Below are positions 13,034-24,169 of a stretch of 42,256 bases of DNA, one piece after another. The stretch spans positions 1-42,256 of the forward strand of contig NW_014040039.1 of assembly GCF_001186125.1 (NCBI RefSeq). Reading direction: 5' to 3'. Both the position numbers and the translations under genes were made by a program. The notes under the pieces were generated by a model, which did no database searches, had not been told where the DNA came from, and saw only the letters and a program-made list of their open reading frames with translations. Within the stretch, counting starts at the first letter, position 1, and each line of letters begins with the position of its first letter. This stretch comes from Sphaeroforma arctica JP610 (taxonomy: Eukaryota).

Positions 13034-13335
13034 ACTTTATTTACTACAAACCTGGAAAGTGTCGTGAGTGTTTCGATCTCAGTCCGTACGATCCGCTCCT
13101 GGGTGGATTTCTCCGAACCTTTCACGCTATGATCACCGATCCTGGGCAATAGTACTGGCCTACTACCAGCTGATTTTCTCCTAATGTCACAACATTTACC
13201 CAAGCCAAGATTCGACTGCCCAGGAGTAGCGATTCCAGCATGAGATACTCAGAGAAATCCACTCAGGAGCAGATCATGTGGACTACGATCGACTTACTCA
13301 CAAAACCTTTCACTTTTGTAGGTAGTAAATAAAGT
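13034..13335. repeat. Long imperfect inverted repeat (arms of about 115-120 bp, loop of about 68 bp)
   Basis: Left arm 13034-13148 (actttatttactac...gctcctgggtggatttctc...tcctgggca) pairs with right arm 13217-13335 (tgcccagga...gagaaatccactcaggagc...gtagtaaataaagt). Confidence 0.9.
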
Positions 13336-14435
13336 AACTATGGGTATAGGAACACCAGCACATGTTGGAGATAGGTTTCATGCACAATATATCCAACATG
13401 ATAAACTGAACTGCCTTACAGACGACGTACAAATTGCTAAGCCTAAGCATTGAGTCAGCTAAATCCGTAAAACTGACAAACGTAACCGTGGAACCCTTTT
13501 GTGCAGGCCTACATGGATGACGGGTGGACTTACTCCGCTCGGATTGGAGGAAAAGCTTAAGATAAGGATAACACCCGAAAAGGCCAACCTAGTAAGCGGC
13601 AACACAGCAAATCGGTAGAAAAAGCGGTAAACGACGAGCACAAGACTTTCCATGACTTAAGTTACAACGGAGTAGCGTGCGTTAGTTACAACGCCACTGT
13701 ACAACAAATAAAAGAATAGACGTAGCTTTCATGAAAGATACACGCTGACTTTGTGAGCACAGCGTCACCTGATGAGAGTATAAGTAGGACCACGGATGAC
13801 TGGGTACATTTGAGCTCGTTTACGTCCATACTTCACATCAAAATAAAAGTTCGTCCTCCAAAGGATGGAGAGCCTCCTACGAAGCGTCATAATACAGACC
13901 AAATACGGCGGGAACGATAAATGAAGAAAGGGATGAGCGAGTTATATTACCAGTTCATATCGATGAAATAAAGTAAACGCTCGATCAAATCCCGGCTCAC
14001 AGATGTAAAATAGCGGCTTTCAAACATTTAGAAGCACATGTTCTAGTACAATCTTGATATTGGAATACGTACAAAATGTTCAGAATATATAGTATTGATC
14101 AAAATAGCGTAATTTTGGAAATCAGATGATAACATAATACAACACTTTAGAGCTGGGAGGTTATATAGTAGACAATGGGTAGTTTTCCTGGATAAATTAG
14201 TTTTTTATCAAACTTAAACTTATGTAGTACTGGTATGTACATAAAATAATCACAGAGCAAGATAGCCTACTGTGAAATAGAAAATAGAACCACCAGAATC
14301 CTCCTTGCGTATCAACTAGACTTGCCCGTTCATGCACATCTAAATTTGGATGGATAGGTAGGTACCAAGTGATGGGGCACTAGATACAATGAGTCACTGC
14401 ACCAGCTGGGTGTTTTGAAATTTCAATCATTTTTT

Positions 14436-15078
14436 NNNNNNNNNNNNNNNNNNNNNNNNNNNNNNNNNNNNNNNNNNNNNNNNNNNNNNNNNNNNNNNNN
14501 NNNNNNNNNNNNNNNNNNNNNNNNNNNNNNNNNNNNNNNNNNNNNNNNNNNNNNNNNNNNNNNNNNNNNNNNNNNNNNNNNNNNNNNNNNNNNNNNNNNN
14601 NNNNNNNNNNNNNNNNNNNNNNNNNNNNNNNNNNNNNNNNNNNNNNNNNNNNNNNNNNNNNNNNNNNNNNNNNNNNNNNNNNNNNNNNNNNNNNNNNNNN
14701 NNNNNNNNNNNNNNNNNNNNNNNNNNNNNNNNNNNNNNNNNNNNNNNNNNNNNNNNNNNNNNNNNNNNNNNNNNNNNNNNNNNNNNNNNNNNNNNNNNNN
14801 NNNNNNNNNNNNNNNNNNNNNNNNNNNNNNNNNNNNNNNNNNNNNNNNNNNNNNNNNNNNNNNNNNNNNNNNNNNNNNNNNNNNNNNNNNNNNNNNNNNN
14901 NNNNNNNNNNNNNNNNNNNNNNNNNNNNNNNNNNNNNNNNNNNNNNNNNNNNNNNNNNNNNNNNNNNNNNNNNNNNNNNNNNNNNNNNNNNNNNNNNNNN
15001 NNNNNNNNNNNNNNNNNNNNNNNNNNNNNNNNNNNNNNNNNNNNNNNNNNNNNNNNNNNNNNNNNNNNNNNNNNNNNN
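14436..15078. other. Assembly gap (N run)
   Basis: Run of n characters. Confidence 1.
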
Positions 15079-15099
15079 ATTATTATGTAGCCGTTAACT

Positions 15100-15860
15100 T
15101 CTATGATTGAATAATATATTTGAATGGTGAGAAGAAATCAATGAATATCGTTTCGATCTTAGTTGTTGACACCTTAAAATTGAGACCGAAGTAGTGAGGG
15201 ACGGAACCATATGGGCAATCATAAGGGCTGAAGTCAGAATTCTTTCTTTCTTTGATATCGACTTGTTTACGTATTATTTTATAATCGTACTAGACAGTCA
15301 ACCAGGCTAGACATACTTTACACAAGTTTCTTGTATATCAACCGAATCGCATTTATATCAGATATAGAGATATCTCTAGAAGACTTGTACGAAATCTACA
15401 TGGATGAAAGAAGGACATAACTCCGAAATCTAAGCCCTAAGCATCAACTCGCGGATGTATTTCTATCTCCCGACCTAGATGTCCTCAACACATCTGCCGA
15501 CGAGCTCACAGTTAAGATGGAGATTGCTCATGATACCCGTGAAATGGCTGAACTTGACAACTACGCTAAGCTTATCACGATCAAGCAGAAGTATATTGAC
15601 CAGTTGTTACAAGCTCAGCGAGGTCGGTACTCTTAGAGTGTACTGGCTGTAAAAAGACGCACGGTGTGTACCAATCCTCATGTGAAAATTTTGCCGAGTT
15701 CCGGTCTCTTTTTGATCGGAATACGTTGTGCTGCAAGCAAATGACTAGTAAAGAGATAGCTAGTGTAGGTTGTCCCTTTGCTAACGGAGTTTGAGAGTAA
15801 CTGATAAGACACGACCAAAGGAAACAATAAACGTCTTCGCAAATGCGAATCTTTCAGCTA
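15100..15860 (+). pseudogene. Decayed coding fragment, possibly the protease-RT linker of an LTR retrotransposon
   Basis: Near-open frame from 15361 (DIEISLEDLYEIYMDERRT*LRNLSPKHQLADVFLSPDLD...IKQKYIDQLL), then ENFAEFRSLFD, which resembles the pre-RT segment. It lies among pol relics. Confidence 0.3.
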
Positions 15861-16650
15861 GGTAAAAGTACTAGGCTGGAGGACTCGCATTGAGTCTTTA
15901 GTGGATAAACTCTGGTTTATTGTGGTTTATTGGTCTTATTTACTATTAACTTGGTTTTCCGTGTCAACTCAGTTTGCTGTGTTGGCGACCTTGGTTTATG
16001 GTTTTTGTGGAAAGTTATGGTTTTTGTTTTTGTGAAAAGTGTCTCGTGCTGGGTACCAAAATTCTACAGTTTGTCGTGTGTGCACTTATTTTCTGTATTT
16101 CTTGGTTGTGTTTCTCCATAACCTGTGGAATGTCTGTGTGTGTCTTTTGGTGTTCGTGTGTACTTAAAAACAGATGTTGTGAATTTCTTTATGTTACCAA
16201 GCTTCTAGGTATCTGAAGATTGTTCTATCCCTACCTCTGGCTTCTGTGATATTTGCAGAGTGTGTATTCAAGGTCTATGCACCTGAATGTTCCTTATTGC
16301 ATTGTCATCTTCTTTTGTACCTGTGATTTGGTCATGTTTGATGTATGTTTTGTATTTCATGTGTTATCCTTGGAGTCTGAATTCATTTGTTTATTGTCTA
16401 TGTTCGTTTGGATGGTGGTTTGTTCCCACTGGTTGCACTGACTCCTTGTGTCTTGCTTAGTTTATGCTCAAGTGAGTTTGATGTCCATGGATTGCGGAAC
16501 ACAGATTGAGTATTCTGTTTCTGTTTATAGAGCTTGTAATGTGGAGTTTGTTGCCGGTTACTTATTGAAAAGCTTTGAGTCAGAGATCTGTATTGTATAG
16601 GATCACTTCCCTTGTTCTGATGAATGTGATGACTAAGATTTCGACCTATG

Positions 16651-17790
16651 ATGTTATGTCGTATTGGCCCCAAAGGAACTTCGACCTGGAAGCCTTTAGA
16701 GAACTTTCAACGTAGGGTAGATGAATATACCATTCCGCTTAACAAACTAGATAGCGAAAATCAAAAGATGTTGTAACACAGAGAGGTTAACAGTCGACAA
16801 ACCACTCCGCAAAGTTCCCGAGAAGTATTTATGTCTACTTTGCATGAAAGTATAGCAAAAGTCATAGTCGATCGCTTTTACAGTAGTATGAAGGGAGCAA
16901 CTGAGGAAGCTCGTACTAGAATCATATCTTCCTTAAGGAATGATATGTCCGAAGTTAATGATCAACTTAATTAGTTGATTGAATTAAATTAAACCTATGG
17001 GCGAGATTCAAGTAGTCTTAAGACTGATGATTATATAGAGAAATCAATACAAGATGTACATGGACATAGATAAATCTACATATAGGAATGATTCAGCTAT
17101 TCAGACATTGTGAGGAGCCTATAACACAAAGGGAAATTTCTTTCTCGTTTAAGTTCAGGAGAAGTACAAACTTCTCCACGGACGTCAGATGTTGATACAC
17201 GTATGTAGATCAAGCAATATCATTATCTGACGTATTCAGCAGTAGATACAATGGCCGCTGAAGTGAAGCGCAGAGGCCTGATCAACTTTAATCTGCGTAA
17301 ACTCTGTGAGTAAGAGTACTTGAGGTGTGTTGATTGCGAAAGAAACCAAATCAAGCACTATGTTCGAACCCCACATAAGTCGGTGCTCGAAGATTAACCT
17401 ATGCGCAGGGTCAAAACTGATTTTGTCATCATGTAGTCGGACTACATGATGAGAAGTAGGTTTTCTACATGTTTTGTTTGATGTGGCCTTCAGGTATATC
17501 TTGTTTTATCCTGTAAGAAATAAACTACCTGAAACAATGGCGGAATTATGCTTACGCATCTTTGCCGATAACGGCTATACATTATACTTATGTCATGGTA
17601 ATGACGGTGAGTTTATAGGAAAAGAAAAAACGGGAAGTTTCCTATAGCCACAAACGCTCGATGCCAACGTGGTTTGTCATGGGAAACTCAAGTTTCTTTC
17701 TAGGATCGCCTTGATACACGAATGCTATCGATTGACCCTATCATTTGACATGGATACAAGATCAGATGAATGAAACTTAACCCAAGTATA
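16651..17790 (+). mobile_element. Ty3/Gypsy pol relic, copy A: MTase C-terminal tail, linker and integrase (pseudogenised)
   Basis: MLCRIGPKGTSTWKP at 16651; linker TEEARTRIISSLR; zinc-finger RCVDCERNQIKHY; catalytic-core remnants PMRRVKTDF, LFDVAFRY, RIFADNGY, GNDGEF and PYHLTWIQDQMNE. All are collinear with copy C. Confidence 0.85.
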
Positions 17791-17908
17791 TCGGGCACAC
17801 TATTTCCATGGTAGAAAAAAAGTGTTGCAACCCCTTGTTGAAGGAGTGCCTGAAAAGGCTCAGTCACTTGAGTAGCTTGAAATACATAGATAGTTTGCCC
17901 TGTACTAG

Positions 17909-18637
17909 NNNNNNNNNNNNNNNNNNNNNNNNNNNNNNNNNNNNNNNNNNNNNNNNNNNNNNNNNNNNNNNNNNNNNNNNNNNNNNNNNNNNNNNNNNNN
18001 NNNNNNNNNNNNNNNNNNNNNNNNNNNNNNNNNNNNNNNNNNNNNNNNNNNNNNNNNNNNNNNNNNNNNNNNNNNNNNNNNNNNNNNNNNNNNNNNNNNN
18101 NNNNNNNNNNNNNNNNNNNNNNNNNNNNNNNNNNNNNNNNNNNNNNNNNNNNNNNNNNNNNNNNNNNNNNNNNNNNNNNNNNNNNNNNNNNNNNNNNNNN
18201 NNNNNNNNNNNNNNNNNNNNNNNNNNNNNNNNNNNNNNNNNNNNNNNNNNNNNNNNNNNNNNNNNNNNNNNNNNNNNNNNNNNNNNNNNNNNNNNNNNNN
18301 NNNNNNNNNNNNNNNNNNNNNNNNNNNNNNNNNNNNNNNNNNNNNNNNNNNNNNNNNNNNNNNNNNNNNNNNNNNNNNNNNNNNNNNNNNNNNNNNNNNN
18401 NNNNNNNNNNNNNNNNNNNNNNNNNNNNNNNNNNNNNNNNNNNNNNNNNNNNNNNNNNNNNNNNNNNNNNNNNNNNNNNNNNNNNNNNNNNNNNNNNNNN
18501 NNNNNNNNNNNNNNNNNNNNNNNNNNNNNNNNNNNNNNNNNNNNNNNNNNNNNNNNNNNNNNNNNNNNNNNNNNNNNNNNNNNNNNNNNNNNNNNNNNNN
18601 NNNNNNNNNNNNNNNNNNNNNNNNNNNNNNNNNNNNN
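17909..18637. other. Assembly gap (N run)
   Basis: Run of n characters. Confidence 1.
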
Positions 18638-18664
18638 GCGAACTAAGTTAAAACTTAAGTCAGG

Positions 18665-18790
18665 TTACGTACTGCCCTTAAGGACGACGCAAGTGACTGG
18701 CCTTACTGTCTGGCATGGGTCCAAGATATGGTGAATAAAACACCGGATGCACTAACTGGCGTTACCTCGTCAAACTTCTTCCACTGTAGA
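18665..18790 (+). mobile_element. Integrase core C-terminal fragment, copy B of the same Gypsy family
   Basis: LRTALKDDASDWPYCLAWVQDMVNKTPDALTGVTSSNFFHCR aligns to copy C LRTALDDVEDMWPYHSKWVQTQMNNCMNSHTGILSFHYFFGR. Confidence 0.8.
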
Positions 18791-19406
18791 AGAAGTGCTT
18801 TTTGGTGCTTGAAAAGGTACGCTGCTTACGGCTAGAGTAATCGTGGATCGTGTACACAAGGTCGTATATACAACTTTAAGGTAGAAAACTAATGATACAC
18901 TTTTAAAGCGGAAAAGTATTGATACACTTTTAAAAGCGCAAAAACAAAACGATGTTCTAAGAAGTGGAAATAAGTCTTGAAATACGTCTCTGCGCTTTCG
19001 GTTTCTCCAGCTGTACTTTGTTGCAACTCTAGTATTGGTCAATAGTACGAATTTTAAACGAGTGTAACCATTGCCGGGTTGACAAGTGAGAAGATACGTG
19101 ATCTTGTCCACACGTGACGGAATAAGCTTGGCTAACAAACACCATTTAATCCCTCATAAATACAGGGAACAAAGCAACAGGCTACCGAGCCACATAGGAA
19201 GGTAAACACTTCTCGCGGAAGTGTAGCAACGCGAGACCACACTAAAATTAAGTGAGATATATCAAAATTTTATTTCTTTTATACAAATTATTATTAAAGT
19301 CGATAGGGTGGGGGGTGGGGGGGGTGGAGTGCACATTCGCACAAAATAGAGTAAGAGTCTTTAATAATAAAACGCAATACCCACACACCGTCGCAGACAT
19401 CTCAAG

Positions 19407-20788
19407 ATGCCAACGGCAACCAGAGCAGGCGTGCATGGTGGTGAAGAAGGGAGTGAGGACACGGATGGCTCAAGTGTCAGTCCAATGGGGGGGGGGCAAG
19501 CCCAGTCAGTGGCTCCGGCCAGCCTACACCAGCTGGGGTACCCATACTAGCTTCAGCAATGCGTCAAGAAATAGACAAAAGCATCTGCCAATGCAACCAT
19601 GTCCTGGTTAGTAGGTTTGTCTCCAAATTGGAACAACCAACATCAGTGTCTATACCGACTCTACACAAGATGGGAGTAGGCATTCATGGTCAACAGCCAG
19701 AATGACGCATGTCATTGGTTGACAAGGAACTCAGACGACGATATGACTTAGATATCAATGAGTGTGGAGACGATGATGAGGATGAACTCATTCAAATAAG
19801 TCAATACATTAGTGAGTTAGAGCTCATGATGAACCATCTCTCGCAAAACTACTAAAAACTTCAGAATTTCCTAAGCTCCCTAAAGATAGTTACTTTAAAA
19901 TGGAAAATTGTGAAGACATCATAGAGTTCACTACGCAATGTAGTGACTTTTCCTAGCAAAGTCCATGCCACTGTGTCAGTACCCAGCACTAGTGAGAAAC
20001 CTATTAGATTCCACTGATGCAACGGAGAAGACCAAGTCAGTACTCAATAACTTGAGAGATTCTGAGACGCATACAACTAAGCACTTCAAGGAACCTGAGC
20101 AATTCAATAGAATCATTATAGTAGACTATCTGTTAAAAAGGTTTTTCAATGACATGCAGAACAAGAAGCTGAACGTCGAAGTGCACACAGAGCGTGCGCA
20201 TAAGACAATGGCGATGTTAGAGGAGCGGTACCGCAACTCAGACAAGGAACCCATACACTTTCAACTCCTCAAAGTCCAAAGATACCAAGCACTTATGTAC
20301 TACGGACAACAAGCACAGGTGAATGTTCTCATCAAGGCAGACAAACAACCTGATGGGAGTGAGGGGCACTTGTTAGATATAGGACACACTAAGTTTCATA
20401 CTGTGACTGAGGCAAGCATAAGAACGGCATCCAAGGTGCAAGGACACCGAATGCTATGAGGGTGCAGAACAAGTGTCAAAACACGCAGACAACCAAACAC
20501 GCTGAGAATAGCACTACCGCTACTATCAAACGGCATAAACCGGACAAAGGTGCACCCAGTCAAACCAAACCAACAGGACAAGCCCAAGAAAAGAAAGGGT
20601 CGCGTGAGGAGCGTCCATGTCCCTATTGTAAGGTGATGCCAGCCCCGCATGGGTTCAGTCGATGTCACAAGAAGGCTTCGAATCAGGCCAAACAGGCTGA
20701 GGAACAGGTCAAGAAGGATGTACAAATAGCAAGACTGTCCATTACCTCTGGCAAGTTCGAAGACATCCCGGAGGGTGATGAATACTGA
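19407..20788 (+). mobile_element. Retrotransposon gag relic with a zinc knuckle
   Basis: Frameshifted ORF segments (from ATG 19407; ORFs 19965-20459 and 20456-20788) ending in CPYCKVMPAPHGFSRC (CX2CX6HX4C knuckle variant), immediately followed by pol remnants. Confidence 0.7.
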
Positions 20789-20917
20789 AACAACTGGTGG
20801 GCGGAAGCAAACATGATTGACCTGGCAGATAGACTCAATGTATATACAGATGAAGAAACGTTGTTAATAAATGCAAATGGTTTAAATTACCAACCTTTAA
20901 CAATAAATGGCAAACCA

Positions 20918-21127
20918 CGCTATATACAATTTTTTAGCAAGTTATAATATGAGTCAATGTAATTGCCCTATCGTTAAATAAGAGCTTCTTGCTATAGATA
21001 CTGCTGTAAAACAGTTTAAAGGCTACCTTTATGGAAGTTACTTCACTGTCGCCTGTGATCAAAAGTCGTTAATATATTTATATACATACCAGGAATACAT
21101 AATCATCTACCTGACATGCTCTCTCGA
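20918..21127 (+). mobile_element. Ty3/Gypsy-type RNase H (pseudogenised, internally deleted), copy C
   Basis: RYIQFFSK/YNMSQCNCPIVK*ELLAIDTAVKQFKGYLYGSYFTVACDQKSLIYLY/YIPGIHNHLPDMLSR matches the Gypsy RNase H pattern (IAFFSK..N..Q.NY...EKELLAI..A.K.F..YLYG..FTV.TDH..L ... YIPG..N..AD.LSR). Confidence 0.9.
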
Positions 21128-21172
21128 CTTGTCCCTGACTACCAGAAAACAGTCAATGAGTTATTCACAACC

Positions 21173-21585
21173 AATTGGATGCTTAATAGGGAACGGTTTA
21201 ACTACACTCGCTCAATCACGATGGGGACCATTTACTGTTGATATGTTCGCCGAAGAACATAATAAACAGGTTTTTGAATATAGGTCGTTGACTCATCCTA
21301 AAGGTGATGCATCTGATCAACTTGAATCATCAAAGCATAATGCGTGGGCTAACCCACCTTGGCAACTTATCACACAGTTTTTTCTTAAATTATGTTAACA
21401 ATACTAAATCTACCGTTACGCTGTGTTGTCCCTTCCGTAGCTCCGACCCTCGGATACGTGATTTAATTAATATGGCACGAGACGAACCTATCTATGTCGA
21501 CCGTGAAATCGACACGTTCTTGTATCAGAGATCATATTCTATTACGAATACACCTTGAAATCATACTCTTCTTTGTCGCATCGGT
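21173..21585 (+). mobile_element. DNA amino-methyltransferase domain (Dam-phage/DIRS-MT-like) inside pol, disrupted by 2 frameshifts and 1 stop
   Basis: NWMLNRERFNY/LAQSRWGPFTVDMFAEEHNKQVFEYRSLTHPKGDASDQLESSKHNAWANPPWQLITQFF/NYVNNTKSTVTLCCPFRSSDPRIRDLINMA...TP*NHTLLCRI. NPPW is at 21351-21362. The domain starts in frame with the RNase H end (DMLSR). Confidence 0.85.
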
Positions 21586-21989
21586 CCTGCAGGTACTACC
21601 AAGTGGAAACCCTCAACTGAATTTTTGGCAAAATTAGAGGAGTCTAACAGTTCGAACAAAGTTAAATACTCGTACAACACATGCACCCAGCAAGAGTGCA
21701 GTCGAGGTATTGACGATTGAAACGGCATTAGATCGTAAAAACATGAAACTAGCTAGGGCTATGGATCAAAAACTCTAAGCTCTAAGCGAACCTGAAGCTC
21801 GTACTCAACTTCTCAAAGCGCTGCTTAGAGAACAGCCAGGAGTGACGAAACAACTGAAGAAGATACTTTAACAATTTAGTGTTGTCAATTATGCATCACA
21901 AGAGTCTACCCCTCGTGCTACTGAAGTTGCCCTAACTAATGCGAAGGTGGTTCATCCAGCCAGCGTTACTCAGAATCTGACTGACTTAG

Positions 21990-23180
21990 ACGAGCTCGAA
22001 AGAAAAGTTAAACCCATATACAATAAAACCCATCAAGCATAAGAGCATACTTATAAGTTGGCTGTTCATGCTGGGCTTGATTACCCAGTTTTGAAAGAAA
22101 CTATACGTGAAGTATACTGACGCTGTACTGATTGTGAAAAGAACCAGATCAAGCGCTACGGTTGGGCATCTCTAAAAAGTGTAACAGAGGACCAGCCAAT
22201 GTGCCGAGTCAGTCGATTTGGTTAGACTTCCGCGATCTAGGCATACTAGCGATGTATATATCTGTCATTTCTTATATGTGGCTTCGGGCCATAACTTGCC
22301 TTATGCAATACCGAACAAACGCCTGCAAATGGTGGCAGATTTATGCTATCACGTCTTTAATGACTTTGGTTTTCCCCGAGTACTATGTCCTAGCAACGAT
22401 AGTGAGTTTTGTGCCGACGTACCGGAGGCACTTTTACTTGTATCAGACATGACCCATAGGTGTAGTGTTCCTTATAGACCTCAAACGCAGGGTGTAAATG
22501 AAACACGTCATAGAGAAAGTAAGAAACCCTTGCGTACCGCACTAGATGACGTTGAGGATATGTGGCCTTATCATTCGAAATGGGTTCAAACTCAAATGAA
22601 TAATTGCATGAATTCTCATACTGGGATATTATCGTTTCACTATTTCTTTGGCCGCTATAGTGAATTACAAGCAACGTTTGATAAAATCGCGCCCGAGAAT
22701 CACGTTATGGCTACTGAAAATCGAGCGTTGTTTAGCCCTGTTTATTCGAGCACAAGAACCACTTCCTGCTTAAAGCATACGACCGATGGAATAGCACTAA
22801 GAAATCTGTTCAGTTCAAAGTTGGCGATTACATTAACATAATAATTCGCAACGCCAACGGTACCGAACTCTCTTCTAAGACAATCGGACCCTTTGCTATT
22901 TTCTATCATGATGAGAAGAGTGATATCTACGAAGTGAATAACATAGATCGTACTAAAGCGACCAATCCAGGCACTCACCGTATCCCTACTTCCGAACTCT
23001 CATTCGCTCGCTCATTTGATTCTGTAGTCCCAGTTATGAGATAAAGTCAAAGTTATAATTGACAAAACATCCGAAGGCGGTTACACTAACTACAAGACCC
23101 ATTTAATGGATGGGACAGACAGCAACATGGCTAACCTCCGATGCGTTTCGTGGATACTGAGACTTCCTTCGTATCTTTTA
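21990..23180 (+). mobile_element. Gypsy integrase (zinc finger, DDE core, GPY/F motif) with a possible C-terminal chromodomain, copy C
   Basis: THQA*EH...RCTDCEKNQIKRYG; QPMCRV/VDL; VFNDFGFPRVLCPSNDSEF; PYRPQTQGVNE; FKVGDYI...KTIGPFAI (GPF at 22886); then chromodomain-like VKVIIDK..GYTNYKT../TATWL. Confidence 0.9.
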
Positions 23181-24169
23181 AAATAAGAAATGAAAGAAGA
23201 GTTTACATAAGAACACACGAGATAACCGGAAAGGGTTTCCTCGGGTGACTACAAATCCTGACGGATATGAAATTTCCTACTTGCCACCTACTGCCTATGT
23301 GACGAAACTTTCTGATCTGCTTACCAACTCAATTCTTCAAACTTAATTGCCAATGAAGAACAACTTTGGCTATTACCTTACCTAATAAACGTAATGCGTC
23401 TACATTGGAAATGGTTCCTGGGTCAAATACAAAACGACATAAAGTAAAACACGAGCCTTGAACTGCATATAGGCACATACTTTAACTTGATAAGCCATGA
23501 CCGTAACCGTTTTACATTGGGGTTCGTTTTGCAAACTAGATTGCATTTACAAGTACGTGCATAGTTCTAAAAATTACTGGGGGCTATGTGGAAATACGGC
23601 CTCCGGTCAGTCTAAAACGGCAAGTTTTTTTTGGTACTTAAATATTTCATTACAAATTCTTATTCCAACATTTCTAAAGTGTTCTTAATTCACTTTGATG
23701 GCTCCTATACCCTGAGTAATTGGTACGACTCATTTACTTCGACCTTTTTAAGATATTAGTAGACGTAGGATATCATAAACTAAAATGTATAATTTCTGAA
23801 CTACTACTTATAGGTTTGGGTCCCCCGTCATTCTCCAAAATCCAATCAGTCCTTTTCCTTTGTCTAACTTTTCTTCAAATGGAATTATATTTATAATAGC
23901 TAATGTATTAACGTGACTTACATTCTTTTGTCTATCTACACCTTAGGCATGTGGTCATGAACACTTAGTACTTCTGGTGAAAATTATTCAATAAGAACAG
24001 CTAGAGGTCCGTCCTGTGTGATCGAGAATTCATACACAAGCTACCAGTACTAAATCCTAACTGACTTACAATGTATCAGTTTATTTTATCATAGTCGAAA
24101 CTTAGTGATGTCCAATGGAATTTACAGTAGGTAGTTTCATTGATGCAGTCTACCTTGGAATAGCAGCCG

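Larger units (their letters stand above)
12150..14050 (+). pseudogene. Decayed coding sequence, probably a retroelement gag-like relic
   Basis: Long near-open frames broken by scattered stops (LAEKAKKEADARRAANLKRMLKNRRR; DVFDDIHDKPIEEGELDQTEHELDRIEKAIIEDYG), lying upstream of pol relics. No diagnostic motif was found. Confidence 0.35.

Noticed and set aside
14415..15110. 231-aa ORF in the track
   Set aside because: Artefact of translating an N gap.
15880..16640. Strongly strand-skewed (T/G-rich on +) block interrupting copy A
   Set aside because: Probably an inserted element on the minus strand, but no diagnostic motif could be read, so it is not named.
17808..18734. 308-aa ORF in the track
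   Set aside because: Artefact of translating an N gap.
18893..18945. 27-bp tandem duplication (tgatacacttttaaagcg...)
   Set aside because: Ordinary slippage duplication inside a dead integrase relic.
19306..19327. G-rich tract as polypurine tract or LTR boundary
   Set aside because: No matching second LTR or TG...CA pair could be identified in the window.
21129..21558. Calling the MTase region a plain DIRS element
   Set aside because: The adjacent RNase H is Gypsy-type, no tyrosine recombinase is visible, and the downstream DDE integrase is linked by sequence shared with copy A.
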